From: Kofleriaceae bacterium
GTDB lineage: Bacteria > Myxococcota_A > Polyangia > Haliangiales > Haliangiaceae
Direction: 5' to 3'
Length of the DNA stretch: 64,000 nucleotides
Assembly (NCBI GenBank): GCA_048500355.1
Contig: JASNYD010000006.1
Coordinates: forward strand, 544,211 to 608,210
Shown here piece by piece: positions 61,207 through 64,000 of the stretch. Made by a program: the position numbers and the translations under genes. The notes below the pieces were generated by a model, which saw nothing but the letters and a program-made list of their open reading frames with translations, was not told the DNA's origin and ran no database searches. Numbering within the stretch: the first letter of the stretch is position 1; the number at the start of each line of letters is the position of its first letter.

Positions 61207-62315
61207 GCGAGCTCGATCGCCGCGACGCCCTCCGCCTGCTCGCCGTCGGCGGCGCCTCGGCCGCGGTCGCCTGCGCGTCGGCGCGGCGCGGCGCCGGCCC
61301 CGAGCCGGTGGTCGCCACCCGGCCGCTGGGCGCGCCGCCGTGGCCGACGCTCGATCCGTTCCTGTTCTGCGTCCACCACGACGATCACTACCCGGCGGGC
61401 GACGAGCGCCTGGGCCCGGCGGCGTCCCTGGCCGGGCGCCGCCTCGGCAACGACTTCGCGGGCAAGGACGGCTGGCGCATGTACCACGGCCGCACCGTGC
61501 CCGGCTTCCCGCAGCACCCGCACCGCGGCTTCGAGACCGTGACCGTGGTGCGGCGCGGCCTGCTCGACCACAGCGACTCGCTGGGCGCCGCCGCCCGCTA
61601 CGGCGGCGGCGACGTGCAGTGGCTCACCGCCGGCGCCGGCATCCTGCACGCCGAGATGTTCCCGCTCCTCGAGCGCGCGGCGCCCAACCCGGTCGAGCTG
61701 TTCCAGATCTGGCTCAACCTGCCGCGGGCCGACAAGTTCGCGCCGCCGCACTTCTCGATGCTGTGGCAGGACGTCGTCCCTCGCCAGCGCATCGCCGACG
61801 GCGACGGCCGCGCCGTCGACGTCACCGTGGTCGCCGGCCGCCTGGGCGCGGCGGTCGCGCCGCCGCCGCCGCCGTCGTCGTGGGCGGCCCGCCCCGACAG
61901 CGACGTGGCGATCTGGACCCTGCGTCTGGCGCCCGGCGCGCGCTTCACCCTGCCCGCGGCCGCACCCGACGCCAGCCGCGCCCTCTACGTCTTCCGCGGC
62001 GACCGCCTGCGCGTCGGCGCGACGGTGGTCGCCGCCGGCACGATGGTCGAGCTCCACGCCGGGCTCGAGGCGCCGCTGGTCGCCGGCGGCGCCGAGGTCG
62101 AGGCCCTCCTGCTGCAGGGCCGTTCGATCGGCGAGCCGGTGGTGGCCCACGGCCCGTTCGTGATGAACAGCCGCGAGGAGATCCAGGACGCGATCGCCGA
62201 CTACCAGCGCACCCGCTTCGGCGGCTGGCCGTGGCCCGACGACGGCCACGTCCACGACCGCGACGAGGGCCGCTTCGCCCGCCACGCCGACGGCCGCGTC
62301 GAGCGCCCGGCCTGA
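61203..62315 (+). CDS. Tat-secreted pirin-like cupin protein
   Basis: ATG 61203 overlaps the stop of the upstream gene (ATGA). Twin-arginine signal MSELDRRDALRLLAVGGASAAVACASA. Pirin motifs HPHRGFETVTVVRRG ... VQWLTAGAGILHAEM. Confidence 0.8.
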   Translation: MSELDRRDALRLLAVGGASAAVACASARRGAGPEPVVATRPLGAPPWPTLDPFLFCVHHDDHYPAGDERLGPAASLAGRRLGNDFAGKDGWRMYHGRTVPGFPQHPHRGFETVTVVRRGLLDHSDSLGAAARYGGGDVQWLTAGAGILHAEMFPLLERAAPNPVELFQIWLNLPRADKFAPPHFSMLWQDVVPRQRIADGDGRAVDVTVVAGRLGAAVAPPPPPSSWAARPDSDVAIWTLRLAPGARFTLPAAAPDASRALYVFRGDRLRVGATVVAAGTMVELHAGLEAPLVAGGAEVEALLLQGRSIGEPVVAHGPFVMNSREEIQDAIADYQRTRFGGWPWPDDGHVHDRDEGRFARHADGRVERPA

Positions 62316-62369
62316 GCCCCTCCCGCGCCCCGAGCGCATCCCGCCGGCGCCGCGCGGCGAGACCCGCGG

Positions 62370-64000
62370 TCAGCGCAGGACGACCGGGAACAGCGCGACG
62401 GTCTGCACGCGCTCGCGGCGGAAGCGCGCCACCTGGCGCAGCGTCCGCACCATGACGGTCGCGACCTCGGGCGAGACCTCGCGCACCGCCCGGGCCACCA
62501 CCGTCGACAGGCCGAGCGGGGCCTGGACCTCGCCGAAGCCCGAGACCAGGTCGCGCAGGGTCAGCTCGGGCGGGTAGACCTCGAGCGCGGCGCCGGCGTC
62601 GACCTGGCCCAGGGTCCGGGCCTCGGTCAGCGCGGCGTCGAGGCCGCCCAGGGCGTCGACCAGGCCGAGGCGCAGGGCGTCGCTGCCGGTCCACACCCGG
62701 CCCTGGGCGATGGCGTGGATCTCGTCCCGGCTCTTGCCGCGGCCGGCGGCGACGCGGCCGACGAAGACGTCGTAGATCGACTGCATCGACGCCTGGACCG
62801 CGGCCCGCTCGTCGGCGGTCCACGGCCCGAGGCTGGCCATCATCGTCGCCCGCTTGCCGCGGCCCATCGGGTAGGTGGTGACGCCGACCTTGGCCAGCGC
62901 GCCCCCCGGCGCCAGCTTGCCGCCGACGACGCCGATCGAGCCGGTCAGGGTGTCGGGCTGGGCGAAGATCTTGGTGGCGCCGGCGGCGATGTAGTAGCCG
63001 CCCGAGGCCGCGAGGTCGCTCATCGACACCACGACCGGCTTCTTCGCCCGGACCTCGGCCACGGCGTGCCAGATGAGCTCGGACGCCAGGGCGCTGCCGC
63101 CGCCGGAGTCGATGCGCAGGACCACGGCCTTGACGCTGTCGTCGGCGGCGAGGACCCGCAGGGCGGGGACCAGCGTGCGCGAGGCGATCTCGCCGCCGGC
63201 GCCCATGATGCCGTCGCCGCTACCGTCGACGATGTCGCCGACCGCGTAGACCAGCGCGACCCGGGGGTGGCTCGGCCGCGGCGCCGGCATCGCGCCCAGG
63301 AAGCGCAGGACCTTGAGCATGCCGGCGGCGTCGTCGGCCTTCTCCTCGAGCGTCACCCGCGTCCACGGCCCGGCGGCGGCCGCGTCGCGGAAGGCCTCGA
63401 AGGGCTCGACGGCGTCGACCAGCCGCGCCGCCAGCGCGCGCTCGGCGGTGAACATGGCCTCGTCGATGAGGGCCTTGACCGCGTCGGGCGCGAGCCCGCG
63501 TCCGGCGGCGATGACCTCGACCATCGAGGCGTAGGCCCGATCGAGGATGGCGTCGAGGGTCTCGACCATCTCCTTCGACGGCCGGTCGCGGGTGAGCGGC
63601 TCGGCCGCGCCCTTGAAGGCGCCGACGTGGAGGAAGTCGGCGGTGACGCCGAGGTCGTCGAGCAGGCCCTTGAGGTGGACCGGCATGGCGGCCGGCCCCG
63701 ACACCACGACCTCGCCGTTGGGCGCCAGGCCGATGCGCTCGCACGCCGACATCACCAGGTACTGGGCGTTGGCCGCGCCCTCGGTGTGGCAGTGCAGCTT
63801 CTTGCCGGCGGCGCGGAACGCGTGGAGCGCGGCGTTGACCTCGGCGGCGTCGGGCAGCGACAGCGACAGGCCGTCGACCCGCAGCAGCAGCCCGGTGAGC
63901 TGGTCGTCGCCGGCCAGCGCCCGCAGGCGCTCGGTGAGGCGGCGGACCTGGATGGCGTCGCTCGGACCCGACATCCACGAGAAGCTCTCGAGCTCGGCGA
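62370..64000 (-). CDS. sppA: signal peptide peptidase SppA (protease IV), 5' end possibly beyond window
   Basis: Two ClpP/crotonase-like halves; the catalytic Ser region SMSDLAASGGYYIAAGA and a Lys region. ATG at 63974 exists but the frame stays open to the window edge. Confidence 0.85.
   Translation of the reverse strand, partial: AELESFSWMSGPSDAIQVRRLTERLRALAGDDQLTGLLLRVDGLSLSLPDAAEVNAALHAFRAAGKKLHCHTEGAANAQYLVMSACERIGLAPNGEVVVSGPAAMPVHLKGLLDDLGVTADFLHVGAFKGAAEPLTRDRPSKEMVETLDAILDRAYASMVEVIAAGRGLAPDAVKALIDEAMFTAERALAARLVDAVEPFEAFRDAAAAGPWTRVTLEEKADDAAGMLKVLRFLGAMPAPRPSHPRVALVYAVGDIVDGSGDGIMGAGGEIASRTLVPALRVLAADDSVKAVVLRIDSGGGSALASELIWHAVAEVRAKKPVVVSMSDLAASGGYYIAAGATKIFAQPDTLTGSIGVVGGKLAPGGALAKVGVTTYPMGRGKRATMMASLGPWTADERAAVQASMQSIYDVFVGRVAAGRGKSRDEIHAIAQGRVWTGSDALRLGLVDALGGLDAALTEARTLGQVDAGAALEVYPPELTLRDLVSGFGEVQAPLGLSTVVARAVREVSPEVATVMVRTLRQVARFRRERVQTVALFPVVLR

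Noticed and set aside
62370-63974. Treating the ATG at 63974 as the definite sppA start
   Set aside because: The frame remains open to the window edge at 64000, so the N-terminus (possibly including a TM anchor) may lie outside the window. Called as a possibly 5'-partial gene instead.

Overview
This is a very high-GC (about 70-75% by eye) bacterial chromosomal segment. Because of the GC content, most long six-frame ORFs are antisense or Arg/Ala/Gly-rich artefacts; genes were chosen by protein-like composition, recognisable motifs, signal peptides and start/stop geometry. The lineage is inferred, not shown: the content (many lipoproteins, an Hanks-type Ser/Thr kinase, PilZ-receiver, multiheme cytochromes, GTGA-overlap coupling) suggests a Myxococcota-like or similar high-GC Gram-negative organism. 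About 45 protein genes are supported. Conserved core genes are tig-clpP-clpX, lon, sppA, dapL (LL-DAP aminotransferase), class I fumarase, bolA, feoAB, a ketopantoate-reductase-family gene and a PhzF isomerase. Regulators and signalling genes include a MocR/GntR-aminotransferase regulator divergent from an EamA/YedA exporter, a TetR regulator divergent from a metal-hydrolase gene with an operator palindrome, a Ser/Thr kinase, a PilZ-PilZ-receiver protein and a GAF protein. Many secreted proteins and lipoproteins are present: an S8 subtilase, c-type cytochromes including an 8-heme cytochrome with a HEAT tail next to feoAB, an alginate-export-like OMP and a Cu-monooxygenase-like lipoprotein. Features that stand out are listed below. 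(1) Three tandem paralogous glycine-rich lipoproteins (4944-9004), each with a Cys-AFEPRG N-terminus, an acidic D/A-repeat linker and GGA(I/L/V)-type motifs, which look like a candidate new family. (2) Three intergenic arrays of a GARNCC hexanucleotide repeat, all in the same orientation (9054-9486, 19351-19816, 36217-36366). (3) A composite element built from about 170-nt modules plus 23-nt tandem repeats with an internal 14-nt perfect palindrome, present as a roughly 1 kb array (15586-16640) and as an inverted copy (21650-22128). (4) A REP-associated tyrosine transposase (RAYT/IS200-like Y1) gene flanked by GC-rich hairpin (REP-like) repeats (48468-49900). (5) A single-nucleotide frameshift splitting a large CarbopepD-reg-repeat/PDZ protein (about 38296). 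No rRNA, tRNA or CRISPR array was identified.
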